Shown here piece by piece: positions 1 to 11,226 of a DNA stretch of 58,695 nt (within the stretch, counting starts at the first letter, position 1; every line of letters begins with the position of its first letter). A program made the position numbers and the translations under genes. This stretch comes from a virus (lineage: Duplodnaviria; Caudoviricetes), in IMG/VR virus record IMGVR_UViG_3300034175_000127, positions 1 to 58,695 of that record; one strand, written 5' to 3'. Below the pieces are notes generated by a model. The model worked only from the letters and a program-made list of their open reading frames with translations, was not told the DNA's origin and did not search any database.

Positions 1-3000
1 AAGCGGCCACAAGTCTCGCTCGTATTGACAACATTCTCGATACGGGCCAGAAGTCGTTTGATCGTTACGGCTCGGCTCTGGTCGCCTTGGGTGCTGATGG
101 TGCATCTACGGAAAGCGAAATCACCGAGATGTCGCAGCGCCTCGCAGGTCAGGCCAAGCAGATCGGTTTGTCAGCGCCACAGGTTCTAGCCTTTGGCGCG
201 GCAATGGCGTCGGTTGGTATCGAGTCCGAAGCAGGCGGCACGTCGATGTCCAAAAACTGGAAGGAAATCGACTCAGCAGTGCGCGCAGGTGGCAAGAGCC
301 TCGAAAACGTAGCTAAAGTCGCTGGAATGACCGCTTCTGAATTCAAGCGGGCATGGCAAACCGATGCAGCGGGTGCAACGGTGGCGTTCGTCGAAGGACT
401 CTCAAAAATTGGCGCCGCAGGTGGCAACGTCGCGGGCACGCTCGAAAAGCTCGGCATGACCGATAGCCGCCAACAAGATGCCTTTATCCGTCTGGCGGGC
501 GCGAGTGGACTTCTGGCAAACAGCCTCCAGACTGGCGAAACAGCATGGCGCGAAAACTCGGCGATGGTGACAGAAGCGGGCAAACGCTACGAAACGACAG
601 CCTCACAGCTTCAAATTCTGCAAAACCGTGCGCGTGAGTTAGCCATTCAAGCCTCTGAAGTTGTTTTGCCCGGTGTCAATCGTGAATTGAAGGGATTCTC
701 CGATGGCATTCCCGAAAACGCGCAAAAAATCGCCGCTGCCTACGATGCCCTGGGTCCAGCAGGCCAAAAAGCAATTATTGGCCTGTTGGGTATTGGAGTC
801 GTCTCAGGCCCGATTTTGAAAGTTGCGGGCAATGTGATGACGCTTACGGGCGCGCTAGTGAAGCTGGGCGGTTGGGTTTTGCCGTCTACGCTGACCGCTT
901 CGCTTGCTGGCCTTGCTCCGCTTTTGGCTAATCCATTGGTTGGTATTCCGCTTCTGGTCACCGCGCTCGGCGTCGGCGCTATTGCGTGGGAAAATTATAA
1001 AGCCAAGGTCGAAGACTCTCTGACTGCTCAGCACAATGCGGAGATGAGCGCGCGCAGTTTGGCCTCGGCTCTGGAACGCGCTCAGGAATATGCAGGCACT
1101 AGCAGTGCTGCAAAATCTTCGCTGGGCCGGTTGCAAGAAGACGCCAAGGCCGCAGGGCAAGACACCGACAAGTTGATTGCGCTCATTAAAAAAGCGACGG
1201 ATGCCAAAGTAACTGTCGGCAAAGATATGAAGCTCGATCCGCTGGCTAAAAACGCGGTTCAGAACGAGTTACAGCGCTTCATTAACAACTTGTCGTCGAA
1301 GACCATCGAACTGAATGTGAAGCTCAAAGGCGCCGTTGAGTCAGCGCAGGGCCAAAACACAGGTTTGGCTAACCTTGCGGCGTCCGAACTCAGCTTCCAG
1401 CAACGTGCCCAGCGAGCGGGTGTCTCCATTCCCACGAGGCCAGCGGCGAGCCGACCTGCTACGTTTATGGAGCGGCTAACGACGGGTTCAGACACCATCA
1501 ACAACACAGCCGCCATTGAGCGCTACAATCTGGCGATGGATAATGCCAATTCACGCGTTTTGGCATGGGAGCGCGCTAATTTGCGGGCCAGTGGCACAGC
1601 CCGCGCCGCAACGGCGGCCACAACCCAAAAGCTGACTGAGCAAAACAAGCTGGTTTCGGATTTAACCGACAAAGAACTTGCACGCGAGAAAAAGCGGCTC
1701 GAAAACATGGCAGCTCAGGGCAAGCTCACGATGGGCGCAGGCAGCTATGACGCGGGCGCTTATCAGCGGTCGCTCGAAGTGCAGGATGAAGCCAAGGAGC
1801 GCGCATCGGCGGCGAAATCTAAAAGTGATGCTGACAAGCGAGAGAAAGAGCTCGCATCGGGCCGCGCGCGGGATGAAGCACAACGCAAAAGTGAAGAGGC
1901 GGCTCTGAAGCGACAGCAGGAAGCTGAAGCGATTGCCGATCAGGCGCGCCACGATTTGGGACGTTCGCTCCAGGACCAACTAAGCGACTGGAAAACCTTT
2001 GAGGGTGTGGTCGATAGTGTGCGCTCCAATCTGGCTCAAACCGCTGAGGCGGGCAGTGCAGTGAGCGAAAAAACCGCGCGCGCCAAAGTCGAAGCGCAGC
2101 TCGCGCGCAGCGAATTTGATGGAATTCCCCAACCGCTCAAAGAAAGTGCGGTGGCGTTGGCTGGAATCCAGGTGCAGCTCCAGAAGATTGTAGGCACCCG
2201 CGACGCTGTGCGCGAAACGTTTAACGGCATTTTCGCGGGCCTTGGCAGCAGCGATCAAGCGAAATTTGCAGCGTTCGCACAGCGTTTACAAAATGATTTG
2301 AAGTTGGGAGAACAGGCTAAAGCGCTGGCCGATGACGCGCAGCGCCACAGTCGCACCCTCGATAGCGCGGTGAGCGGTCGCACTTCCTCACTCGAGTCAC
2401 AAATTCGGGCGAATCAATTGGCAGGGCGCAAACCGTTTGACGATCCGAATAACCCAAACGATGGCAGAGCCAACGGCGACTTAGTGAGCGCCGCGCGTGC
2501 CTTCGTGGGAGCGACCGGCGCCGATATGCGTGCGTCGGGCAAAGCTCACGGCTTAGAGTGGTGTGTTGGCTTTATTCAGGCGCGCCGCGAGGAACTGGGA
2601 CAAGAACCTTTAGCGGGCGGGACTTTGAAAGTCAAAGGTCTGCGTTCGTGGGCCGAAAAAGCGGGCCGCACAACCATTGACCCGCAGGCTGGTGACATCT
2701 TCACCCGCGTTGTGGGTGGCGAGCGCCATGCCGCGATTGTGGCTTCTCGTAAGGGCAACACGGTTACAACTATTGGCGGCAATGAGGGAGGCGAACGCAA
2801 CAACCTCAAATCACGAGTCGTCGAAGGCGCAACCTACAACATCAATGCGCCCGGCGTGGTCTTCATTCGACCTGATGCAGCGCCTGGGCCTTCAGCCAAT
2901 GTTTCGATAGAGCCCAGCGTCTCGACACTTTCGGATGCGGCTGCTTACAAGCGTTGGAAAGCCTCGGTTGGCTCCGATGGTCTGACACCCGAAGAACGCG

Positions 3001-5093
3001 CCAGCAACAAAACGCCCGCTACCTCCTCACAAAGTCCATCTGTTGCGTCGCCAGCTACTAACGGATCTCGCACTGCGCCTTTGGGCCAGTTCGATTCTCG
3101 TCTTTTAACAGCGCGTGCACTTCCAAACTCTTTTGGCCCCAGCATGGCCGATTATCAGGCACGCGATGGCGAATCCACGAAGTTTCGGCAGGATCTCGAA
3201 ACCCTCATCACACAGCTTTTAGGTCGAGGTGTGAAGCTTTCAGACGCTTCGATTAAAGATGCAGGGAAAACCGCACTTAACCTCGATTTGAGCGCCAGCC
3301 GACGCGAGGCGACCCGCGAAGCCTATCGTGAGATGGCTGGCCTTAATCGTGACATTCGACTTATTGGACGCGAAAACAACCCGTATTTGGCGCTGCTTGA
3401 AGAATTTGAGAGTGGTGGAGCCGAATTCGTCACAGCGGTCGCTAAAAACCGCAAGCTGGGCACCGTGCTTTCGTTCATGAAAGGCCAGCTGCAACAGGGA
3501 ACTGATGAATTAGTCAAGGAGGCCAGCCGCGCGGCACGAATCGCATCGGAAAATCTGGGGATGTTGGGCGCAAACTATAACGGTGCTGATTATGAAAGGG
3601 CACAGTTCCAGACTGAAAAACGGTTTGAAATCTGGGAATCGCCGGATATCGTCGCCACATCTCAGACCATAGAAAAATTGCGAGGGCAGGGCCAAGAACA
3701 CCAGGCACTCGCTCTTCAAAAGGATCTTAATACCGAAGCGACACGCCGCCTGACAGCCGCGATGCAAGCGTATGATTCAAACGCTCATTCGCGCGCTCTG
3801 GTTGGCCACGCAGAACAATTGAAAGCGTTGAAAGATGAGGCCGATGCTCTCGAAAACCTCATCAGGTTGCGTGGCCAAACTGGAATTGCTCGTGGCTTGG
3901 CCGATGACCACGCCGCAGCGGATGAAGCGGAGAAAAAAGCGCGCGAAAAATTCCAGCCTTTGGTCAACAGTGGGAAGATCACTCAGGATGAAGCGGATGA
4001 AATGGTGCGCGACGTGGGTGAATCGACGTTTGGCAACGCTCAGAGAAAACGGGGGAGCAACCAAAACACCTCGCTTGAGGACTATAACGCGGCTCTGCGT
4101 GACAACATGGCGTTGCTCTCAGACCAAAAGCGAGCACACGAAACGATGGCTGTGGACTCGCCGGAGCTAGAAACCGAGATTGCGCTGTTGCAGGAACGGG
4201 CGCGGTTGTTGTCCAACGAATTCAAAGACCGTGTTGGTCGAGACGCAAAAGGCGGGCTGGTAATTCCTGCTGATGTTCAAACAGAACTGGAGCAGCGTTT
4301 GGGTTTGAAGCGAGAAGAGCTTCAGCTTGAAAGCCAACTCGCCCGCGTTGTGAAAGAGCGCCAGAACTTGCTTTCTCTGCAAAACAGCGTGTTGGACGAG
4401 CAAATGCAGCGCGAAATGACGCGTGCCGATACAGCGCGGGAACGCTTGGAGATTGAACTCCGCTACGAAGCTCAGAAACGAGAATTTGCCGCAGAAGCAG
4501 AAACAGCCGCAGAAGCTGCTGCACGAACGCAGCTCGACAACGAACGCAAAATCAGTGCGGCCCAAGAAGACCGTATCACGAGGGAGAAAGCCAACGCAGA
4601 GCAACTGAAAGGCGCTTTTGGGATGCTTCTTAATGGAGATATAAGCGGGATGGGGAATCAAGTGATGGGGAATTTTAAAGATTCAATTTCCCGAAAAGCG
4701 GCTGATTTCCTTTCAGGACGTGGCAAGGGAGATCAGTCACCTAACCCGTGGAACAATCCCGATTTCACGCCCGATTTTGGCACTCGCATGGGGCCAGAGA
4801 AGTTTCTTCCTAACCCGCAGAAATTCCCTGGCATTCCAGCGAGCACATCGGCGGGAGATATTGCGGGTGCTGTGCGTGCGGCTCTGGCCGGTGGTATCAT
4901 GGCCGCGCGTGTTGAAGTGCGAACCGGACAAACTAATGTGCAGGGAATGAATGTAAATGTGGCTGGCGGAGGCAATGGCGGCAATGCAACTGGTCTTATG
5001 AATCTGATGCTTAGCGGCCGCGACAATGGTTCTGGCGGCAGTGGGACGACACCAACGACTGCACAGAGCGTGTCGGGAGTTATTGAAGCATGA
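1..5093 (+). CDS. Tail tape measure protein (TP901-type), C-terminal part, with internal CHAP-like domain at about 2481-2877
   Basis: Frame is open from base 3 (AATSLARIDNIL...LGADGASTESEI). TP901-like motifs (GIESEAGGTSMS, KRYETTASQL), long helical Ala/Glu/Gln-rich body, CHAP-like WCVGF...GDIF...HAAIV...TIGGN. Lies directly upstream of the tail-tip genes. Confidence 0.92.
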   Translation, partial: AATSLARIDNILDTGQKSFDRYGSALVALGADGASTESEITEMSQRLAGQAKQIGLSAPQVLAFGAAMASVGIESEAGGTSMSKNWKEIDSAVRAGGKSLENVAKVAGMTASEFKRAWQTDAAGATVAFVEGLSKIGAAGGNVAGTLEKLGMTDSRQQDAFIRLAGASGLLANSLQTGETAWRENSAMVTEAGKRYETTASQLQILQNRARELAIQASEVVLPGVNRELKGFSDGIPENAQKIAAAYDALGPAGQKAIIGLLGIGVVSGPILKVAGNVMTLTGALVKLGGWVLPSTLTASLAGLAPLLANPLVGIPLLVTALGVGAIAWENYKAKVEDSLTAQHNAEMSARSLASALERAQEYAGTSSAAKSSLGRLQEDAKAAGQDTDKLIALIKKATDAKVTVGKDMKLDPLAKNAVQNELQRFINNLSSKTIELNVKLKGAVESAQGQNTGLANLAASELSFQQRAQRAGVSIPTRPAASRPATFMERLTTGSDTINNTAAIERYNLAMDNANSRVLAWERANLRASGTARAATAATTQKLTEQNKLVSDLTDKELAREKKRLENMAAQGKLTMGAGSYDAGAYQRSLEVQDEAKERASAAKSKSDADKREKELASGRARDEAQRKSEEAALKRQQEAEAIADQARHDLGRSLQDQLSDWKTFEGVVDSVRSNLAQTAEAGSAVSEKTARAKVEAQLARSEFDGIPQPLKESAVALAGIQVQLQKIVGTRDAVRETFNGIFAGLGSSDQAKFAAFAQRLQNDLKLGEQAKALADDAQRHSRTLDSAVSGRTSSLESQIRANQLAGRKPFDDPNNPNDGRANGDLVSAARAFVGATGADMRASGKAHGLEWCVGFIQARREELGQEPLAGGTLKVKGLRSWAEKAGRTTIDPQAGDIFTRVVGGERHAAIVASRKGNTVTTIGGNEGGERNNLKSRVVEGATYNINAPGVVFIRPDAAPGPSANVSIEPSVSTLSDAAAYKRWKASVGSDGLTPEERASNKTPATSSQSPSVASPATNGSRTAPLGQFDSRLLTARALPNSFGPSMADYQARDGESTKFRQDLETLITQLLGRGVKLSDASIKDAGKTALNLDLSASRREATREAYREMAGLNRDIRLIGRENNPYLALLEEFESGGAEFVTAVAKNRKLGTVLSFMKGQLQQGTDELVKEASRAARIASENLGMLGANYNGADYERAQFQTEKRFEIWESPDIVATSQTIEKLRGQGQEHQALALQKDLNTEATRRLTAAMQAYDSNAHSRALVGHAEQLKALKDEADALENLIRLRGQTGIARGLADDHAAADEAEKKAREKFQPLVNSGKITQDEADEMVRDVGESTFGNAQRKRGSNQNTSLEDYNAALRDNMALLSDQKRAHETMAVDSPELETEIALLQERARLLSNEFKDRVGRDAKGGLVIPADVQTELEQRLGLKREELQLESQLARVVKERQNLLSLQNSVLDEQMQREMTRADTARERLEIELRYEAQKREFAAEAETAAEAAARTQLDNERKISAAQEDRITREKANAEQLKGAFGMLLNGDISGMGNQVMGNFKDSISRKAADFLSGRGKGDQSPNPWNNPDFTPDFGTRMGPEKFLPNPQKFPGIPASTSAGDIAGAVRAALAGGIMAARVEVRTGQTNVQGMNVNVAGGGNGGNATGLMNLMLSGRDNGSGGSGTTPTTAQSVSGVIEA

Positions 5094-5674
5094 AGATTGA
5101 ACTACATCCTGTGATTTTGCCAATTTCTCCGAAGATTCGCGTTGTTGGCGGTCCTAGGTTCAAAAACACGTATTTGGAAGATGCACAAGGCGACCCACAA
5201 TCTCAAATTTATTGGGACAAGGCCAAGTGGGAATGGACGCTTCGTTTTGTCGAAGAGTCGATGACATCGCTGATCGGGTTTTTTCTCGCCCGCAATGGTT
5301 GCGGATGGTTTTTGAAAGACGACTTTGATTACCGCGCTGACTTTACGACTGGCCTTGTCAAAACCATGCCAGACGGTAATCGCTATTTGATGAAGCGTTA
5401 CCCGGACACGGACAACTTTCGGCCCTACGAGCGGCGGATTCGTTGCCCCCTTCCTGGAACTATCGCGTTTTCGGGCGTTTCTGGTTCACCTGTTGTCGAT
5501 CCATATAGCGGCCAAGTGACAGGGGCCACAGGCGATGGAGCTGCAAGCTTCGATTTTGTCTGTCCAGTCATCTTTGCTACCGATTTCATGGAAATGGAGC
5601 GTAAGCCAGGTGATGCAGGTAGTACTTGGCAAGTGCAAATCAAAGAGATCGGGAAGTTCTCGGTCGCAAACTGA
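5090..5674 (+). CDS. Distal tail protein, DUF2460/GTA g12-like
   Basis: GGPRFKN, FFLARNG, FDFVCPVIFATD motifs; overlaps the tape-measure stop (ATGA). Confidence 0.75.
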   Translation: MKIELHPVILPISPKIRVVGGPRFKNTYLEDAQGDPQSQIYWDKAKWEWTLRFVEESMTSLIGFFLARNGCGWFLKDDFDYRADFTTGLVKTMPDGNRYLMKRYPDTDNFRPYERRIRCPLPGTIAFSGVSGSPVVDPYSGQVTGATGDGAASFDFVCPVIFATDFMEMERKPGDAGSTWQVQIKEIGKFSVAN

Positions 5675-5675
5675 A

Positions 5676-6612
5676 TATGCCATTTCACGTTTCCAATTCC
5701 ACTCCAGAGCGCGAAGCCGAAGCGCTCGCCTATTTGCAGGGCACGACGCGGCTTTCGTTGGCGCTACGTGTCGAGTGCGGCGATGGGCAGGTTTTCGCCT
5801 TCACCGATGCCGAAGAGGATATTTTGCTACCCGCTGGCACCTGGGACGACATCACGATTCCGCAAACTCTTTATCAGTCTGGCGAAGGCATCTTTCCCAA
5901 GAACATCCAGCAGAACCGCGACCCGCGCAAAGTCGATCACTGGGAGTTTGTCGCGTTCATAGGTGCAATCGGTTACGTCTTGGAAAGCGATGTGGCACGC
6001 GGCAAGTTCCAGAAAGCGCGGTTTTCCTTCATCATTTTCGCGCGTGATCGGCTTGATTTTCAATGGCTCAGACAACGCGGCAAACTGGGTGACAAGAGCG
6101 ACGACAAAGGGCAATCCAAGTGGAAGATGAACGGTTTGTCTCGCTTGCTTCAACAGGAAGTTTTGGAAGTAACTTCGCCTTTATCGCGCGCCAAATGGGG
6201 CGACCCGGCGCTCGCCTTTTTCGACTTAAACGGCGACACTGGCGACGGTTTCGCGGCGCGTGTGTCGGGCGCGGTTTCGCTTGTGGACGCAACGTTCCCA
6301 CGTCGGCGCTTCGTTCTCGCAGCGGCGCAAGGCTTTCCCGAAGGACGTTTCGCCGATGGCACGATTGAGTTTTTGGACGGCGCAAACGATGGCGTTGTTA
6401 TGTCCGTTCAGGATTATGAGAGCGCGACAGGCTTGTTTACGCTGGATGAAAGCGCGCCATTCCCAGTCGCGAACGGCGTCACGGTGCGCGCTCAAATCCG
6501 CGCGCCTATGACGTTCGAGGACTGGAAACTGTATTTTGGCACAGGCTTTGGCTTTCCCGGCGAACCGCAAATCCCCAACGCAGAAGATGCTCAGGACATC
6601 AAGGCGGGCTAA
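5676..6612 (+). CDS. Baseplate hub protein, DUF2163/BR0599-like
   Basis: DGQVFAFTDAEEDI, FADGTIEFLDGANDG and C-terminal FPGEPQIP; follows the DUF2460-like gene. Start codon approximate (MPFHV). Confidence 0.75.
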
Positions 6613-6617
6613 TCTCT

Positions 6618-9164
6618 ATGAATTTCCTGGGTTCTCTCGTCAACATCGGCGCCGCGTTCGCAACCGGCGGCGCCGCGTTGTATTGGCAAATTGCGGCTGT
6701 CGCGTATGGCGTTATCAAGGGTGGCCCAGAACAAAAAGGGCCAAGACTCAATGACCTCACCATCACTCTTGACGGCGAAGGGCAAGCGATTAGTCGGGGT
6801 TGGGGCCGTTGGCGTCAAGAGCAGTTGCGGCTCTTGTGGACAACGGGCCTGCTCGAAGACAAAAGCAGCAAGCGAAAGGGTGGTTTGTTTGGAATCGGCG
6901 GCACCAAGATTACCAGCTATAAATACAGCGCGAGCGGCTTATTGCTGGGCGGGAAAGGCCCAGTCACGCGTTTGCGGCGCCTCCAATTGAACCAGCACGT
7001 TGAATACGACTATGGCGACGGCGATGAAAAAGGACTGACGCTGACATGGAACGGCCAATTTTGGAGCAGCGCACCGATTTCAACGGCCTTACCGCCACCT
7101 CCATCACTCTTTAGCCGATGGGGTTTTCGAGTCAATCCGGCGGCCACGAGCAACGCGAATTTAATTGTTCGCGTTTATCCCGGCACTCTGGCTCAGCCGG
7201 TCGATTCGTTGCTTGTGGCCGCGAAAGGCGCTGACGAATGGACGAATTATCCCGACAAGTGGATTGTCGCGGTCGAAATCAAAAATCTGGAAAAATACGG
7301 CAACTCGATGCCGCGCATTTCGGTTGAGATGGAATATGCTCAAACCGATCTGGCCGAGGTAATTTTAGAAGTCGCTTCGTGGGTGGGGTTAGAAGCTGCG
7401 GATTTCGATTTGAGCGCGCTCGAAGGTCTGAGCGTGGCGACGAATGGGATGGTCGGTTTTCAGGTCGATTCCAGGCGCAAGGCGTGTGACATCATTGGCG
7501 AGCTAATGGACATCTACCATTTCAGCTTGCCGGAAGTGGACGGCGTTCTGCGCGCTGTGCGTCGTCCAAGTGGCTTTTTGGTCGAGCTTGATGAGAACGC
7601 GCTTCGTGTGCGCGCTGGCTATGAAGCGGGTGAAGTGGCTGGCGCGCCGCTTTCTGAGCGCGACGAAGAGAGTCTTTCGCGGGACAGCGAATATTTGTTT
7701 CGTGATCCAAACCGCGAATTTGCGCCCGGCTATCGCTATTCAAGGCGCTTCGATGCGGCCACAACTCGCAAGAACACCCAACAAACCGGCGCCAGCATGG
7801 AAGGCTCGCGCGCATCGAGCGTCATTCGTGTCTTGCAAGCGGAAGAGTGGGCCGGTGCGCGAGGTAGAAAGGGCACACGCGGCCTTGAGGCGCTGATAGA
7901 CGCCGCTGGTGATGAAGGCTGGATTGCTACGCCCGATGGTGCGGTTCCGATGGTGCTGGATCAAACCGACGTGCCGCTTTTTGGACCAGTAGGCGAGACG
8001 TGGCAGGGCTTAGACCCGCTCGTTTACAACTTGCCTCTGCGCGACGAAACGGCAGGTCTTACGCGGCGCACACCAATCGAGCGCGGCTTTCCCATCGTTT
8101 GGGCGGGCGAATGTTCCTTCGTGGAGGGCTCAGGTGCGTGGATTACTCAGAAATCGTTTGTCATTGGCGTGTGCCGTAGCATCGGTGACTTGCGATGGAA
8201 TGGTGCTGATGTGGAGATCGAGCGCCGTGAACCGGGCGGCGACTGGATAGAAGTGGCTGAAACCGGAGTCGGCGACGAGTCGATCATCGGTGAACTGACT
8301 GCACCTTGGACACCCACAGAAGGTTTTTCGAGCGATGGTTTCTCATGCCAACTCTACGGCGGCGCACTCACTTCAACGACGGAAGCCCTGGCGCTCAGCG
8401 GCGCGAATCTGGCTTTGTTCGAGAATGGCATGGCCGTTGTCATTCAGACCGCAACACAAACCGCAGCAAACGCCAACAGCAAGTTCTACAGCACAACGAA
8501 CCTGACCAGCGGCATTTATGGAACAGATGACTTCCTAGAACCGCTGGCAGCGGGCGCTCGCTTCATAATTCTCAACGATGCAAACGCGCTTCCGCTTGAT
8601 GGGCCGGAGTGGAAAACATTGCCAACGGCGCCGGTCTTAGGGTCTGAGTTTCGTCTCATCGTGCAGGAAGATGGCGCGCAGGGTGAAGAGGTTGTGTGGA
8701 CGCTCGGTGAGTTCGAGGGCGAAAACATTCGCACGCCATCGCCTGCTGTCGAGGCTACGCGAGACATCGACGGTGGCCTGAGTCTGGTGGTAGCAGGTCG
8801 CACGCGCTATCTCGAAGACATGGATTTGGACGCGTTGCCCAGTGGCGCAACCTACCGAGAAACGTCAACACCAAGCGGCTTCAAGTTTCAGATTATTTTG
8901 ACTTGCGAGGGCGCTAGTGTGACGGTAACGCACTATTCGACCGACGAGCGCGCAGAATTTGATTTTGCATGGACGGCGGGCGAACTGGCAACGCTACTTT
9001 CGCTCTCCGAAGCGCAAATTGCGGCCAATGAAATTACGGGCACGTTAGCTCTGTGGGGCGCGACTGCGCTCGGTAGGGCAGCGAACTTCTCGGCTTCTCC
9101 CTTAAATGGCGAGGTTGTCGATGAAAATTACGGATTCTTCCCATTATTTGAAAGTTGGAGCTAA
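6618..9164 (+). CDS. Tail tip/host-specificity protein (GTA g15, Phage-tail_3-like)
   Basis: GPRLNDL, YPGTLAQPVDS, YGNSMPRISVE motifs; 848 aa; position after the hub gene. Confidence 0.8.
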   Translation: MNFLGSLVNIGAAFATGGAALYWQIAAVAYGVIKGGPEQKGPRLNDLTITLDGEGQAISRGWGRWRQEQLRLLWTTGLLEDKSSKRKGGLFGIGGTKITSYKYSASGLLLGGKGPVTRLRRLQLNQHVEYDYGDGDEKGLTLTWNGQFWSSAPISTALPPPPSLFSRWGFRVNPAATSNANLIVRVYPGTLAQPVDSLLVAAKGADEWTNYPDKWIVAVEIKNLEKYGNSMPRISVEMEYAQTDLAEVILEVASWVGLEAADFDLSALEGLSVATNGMVGFQVDSRRKACDIIGELMDIYHFSLPEVDGVLRAVRRPSGFLVELDENALRVRAGYEAGEVAGAPLSERDEESLSRDSEYLFRDPNREFAPGYRYSRRFDAATTRKNTQQTGASMEGSRASSVIRVLQAEEWAGARGRKGTRGLEALIDAAGDEGWIATPDGAVPMVLDQTDVPLFGPVGETWQGLDPLVYNLPLRDETAGLTRRTPIERGFPIVWAGECSFVEGSGAWITQKSFVIGVCRSIGDLRWNGADVEIERREPGGDWIEVAETGVGDESIIGELTAPWTPTEGFSSDGFSCQLYGGALTSTTEALALSGANLALFENGMAVVIQTATQTAANANSKFYSTTNLTSGIYGTDDFLEPLAAGARFIILNDANALPLDGPEWKTLPTAPVLGSEFRLIVQEDGAQGEEVVWTLGEFEGENIRTPSPAVEATRDIDGGLSLVVAGRTRYLEDMDLDALPSGATYRETSTPSGFKFQIILTCEGASVTVTHYSTDERAEFDFAWTAGELATLLSLSEAQIAANEITGTLALWGATALGRAANFSASPLNGEVVDENYGFFPLFESWS

Positions 9165-9166
9165 CC

Positions 9167-9391
9167 ATGAAACCAAAACTACCCTCAACGCTTTCCGTTC
9201 TCTACACGCTAGGCATTATCGCTGCTGCGTGGGAGATGTGGACAATCGTAAACCGCGAAAACGGCGATACCTTCAGCGCGACGCTTCGCCGACTCGGACA
9301 AAACCAGCCGTTTATTGTGCTGGCGACCGGCCTCGTTGTCGGACATCTCTATTGGCCTTTGCTTGACAAAGAGGACATCGAATCGAAATGA
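9167..9391 (+). CDS. Small two-TM membrane protein
   Basis: Two hydrophobic stretches; GGAG upstream of ATG 9167; coupled to the next gene. Confidence 0.55.
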   Translation: MKPKLPSTLSVLYTLGIIAAAWEMWTIVNRENGDTFSATLRRLGQNQPFIVLATGLVVGHLYWPLLDKEDIESK

Positions 9392-9912
9392 ACTATCAAC
9401 TTTTAAAAGACGAACTCAACAAGCCTGAAAATGACGGGAAAACCGACGCGGAAATTGTCGCCGCTCTTTACGCAAAAACCATCCCCAACCCAGAGCCTCA
9501 AGGCGCTGTGCTGCGCGCTCTGGTGAAGATGGAGGTCATGTCTCATCTGAGCGAGGAATCTGTCGCTAAGGTCTTGTTCTATCCGAATCTGCCTCTGGTT
9601 TTTGAAGCCTTTAACAACCAAGACCATCCCAGTTCGGTTTCGTGGGTTTACTCGTTATGGATGGCAAAGCAAATCACCGAGGCAGAGCGAAATGCCTGTG
9701 TCGCTTTCATCCAGACGCCGATTCCTGACCCAGCATGGAGTCCTTTGGTTTCGTGGTGCGAACTCCACGAAACGGAATGTTCTGGGCAGGATCTTCGCAT
9801 CGCGCGCTTGATCGACAAAGCTGCATTTGCGCGCCAGAGAGCGGAAGTGTGGAAGAGCATCACCTCTAATCTCGAAGCGGGCAATGATGTGGACATCGAA
9901 GGGGTGAGCTAA
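9388..9912 (+). CDS. Hypothetical tail-region protein
   Basis: 174-aa ORF packed between overlapping or abutting genes. Confidence 0.6.
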   Translation: MNYQLLKDELNKPENDGKTDAEIVAALYAKTIPNPEPQGAVLRALVKMEVMSHLSEESVAKVLFYPNLPLVFEAFNNQDHPSSVSWVYSLWMAKQITEAERNACVAFIQTPIPDPAWSPLVSWCELHETECSGQDLRIARLIDKAAFARQRAEVWKSITSNLEAGNDVDIEGVS

Positions 9913-11226
9913 ATGGCACTCGGCGGCCTATGTCAATTTGAAGTCAAACCAACTGGGAACGACTTAAACGCGGGTGGCTTTAATGCTGCTGGCACCTCAC
10001 CGGGCACGGATAGAAGCCAACAGGACGCGCCACACGTCATCATCGACGGCGCGACCATAACGGCAACTGTTCATACCACGACCACTCAAATCATTCTCGC
10101 GGGATACACCGTCACATCTGCCGACAATCGCAATTTAGTGAGAATTTCAGGCGGCACAGCAACGGCGGGCCTGTATGAAATCGTAGCCTTTGACACAGTA
10201 AATAACCGCTGGACTCTGGATAGAGCAGTAGGGACAGCAGCCGCAACCGCGACGGGCCGCATGGGTGGCGCTCTGGCGTCTCTTGGAATGGCCGCAGGTT
10301 CGATGGGCGCTCAGGGCCATAAGTCATGGGTGAAGTCTTCCACCTATGTCACCACTGTTAACACTGCTAACGTCTCTGGTGGAATTGTGAGCTTGTCAGC
10401 GGGCGGCTCCATAGAGGCATACGACACGGTTCGCGGAGATAAGGCGGCAAAAACCATCGTTCGCCCTCATGCCAACAGCATGACCATGTTTTCGTGGGGT
10501 GGCACAGGTGTCTCCATCTTGGCAAATATAAGAGTTGAAGCAGATGGATTCACTGGTATCACAGCGTTTTCGAGCGGCAGTAGCGGGCGCGGCTCCATTA
10601 TTGACTGCGAAGCGATTAACTGCGCGACTGGTTTTACTGCGGTCTCCGCGACTCGCAGTTATGCCCAAGGTTGCACAACAGGATTCACAGGTGGCTCAAT
10701 GGCGTTCTGTGTTGCAAAAGCCTGTGCGACTGGTTTTGCAAGCGGTTCGAGTCTTGGCTGCATTGCAGTGGGGTGCACATCTACTGGATTCGCCACAAGT
10801 AACGGTGCCCAAGGTATTATTTTTCATTGTGTTGCTCATGCGTGTGCAACTGGATATTCCGTCAACACAATTATTGCTCGTTTCATCAATTGTATCGCAT
10901 CGAGTAACACAGTTAAGGGATTTGCCAGTTCAGTTGGCACATCCCTAAAACTCGCGTCGCACAACAATACAAACGACCTAACGCCTGATTATGTATTAGT
11001 CGCAGACCCATTCGTGAACAGTTCGGCGACTATAAACAATGTGGCCGATGCGTTCGCGGCTTTCACCCTGAACGATGTCGCAAACGGGGGCGCTTTATTA
11101 AAGGGTGTTGGTTTGATGGGCTATTCAGACATTGGCGCTTTTCAACATCAAGATACTGGTGGTAGTGGCACAGGCGGAGCGGCCAGTTTTATTGGAAGTT
11201 CCTTTATTGCAGGTGGATTATTATGA
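9913..11226 (+). CDS. Putative receptor-binding protein with parallel beta-helix (CxxGF repeats)
   Basis: Repeated CATGF/CTTGF/CTSTGF/CATGY units; C-terminal DIGAFQH; Gly/Ala/Thr-rich. Confidence 0.6.
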   Translation: MALGGLCQFEVKPTGNDLNAGGFNAAGTSPGTDRSQQDAPHVIIDGATITATVHTTTTQIILAGYTVTSADNRNLVRISGGTATAGLYEIVAFDTVNNRWTLDRAVGTAAATATGRMGGALASLGMAAGSMGAQGHKSWVKSSTYVTTVNTANVSGGIVSLSAGGSIEAYDTVRGDKAAKTIVRPHANSMTMFSWGGTGVSILANIRVEADGFTGITAFSSGSSGRGSIIDCEAINCATGFTAVSATRSYAQGCTTGFTGGSMAFCVAKACATGFASGSSLGCIAVGCTSTGFATSNGAQGIIFHCVAHACATGYSVNTIIARFINCIASSNTVKGFASSVGTSLKLASHNNTNDLTPDYVLVADPFVNSSATINNVADAFAAFTLNDVANGGALLKGVGLMGYSDIGAFQHQDTGGSGTGGAASFIGSSFIAGGLL

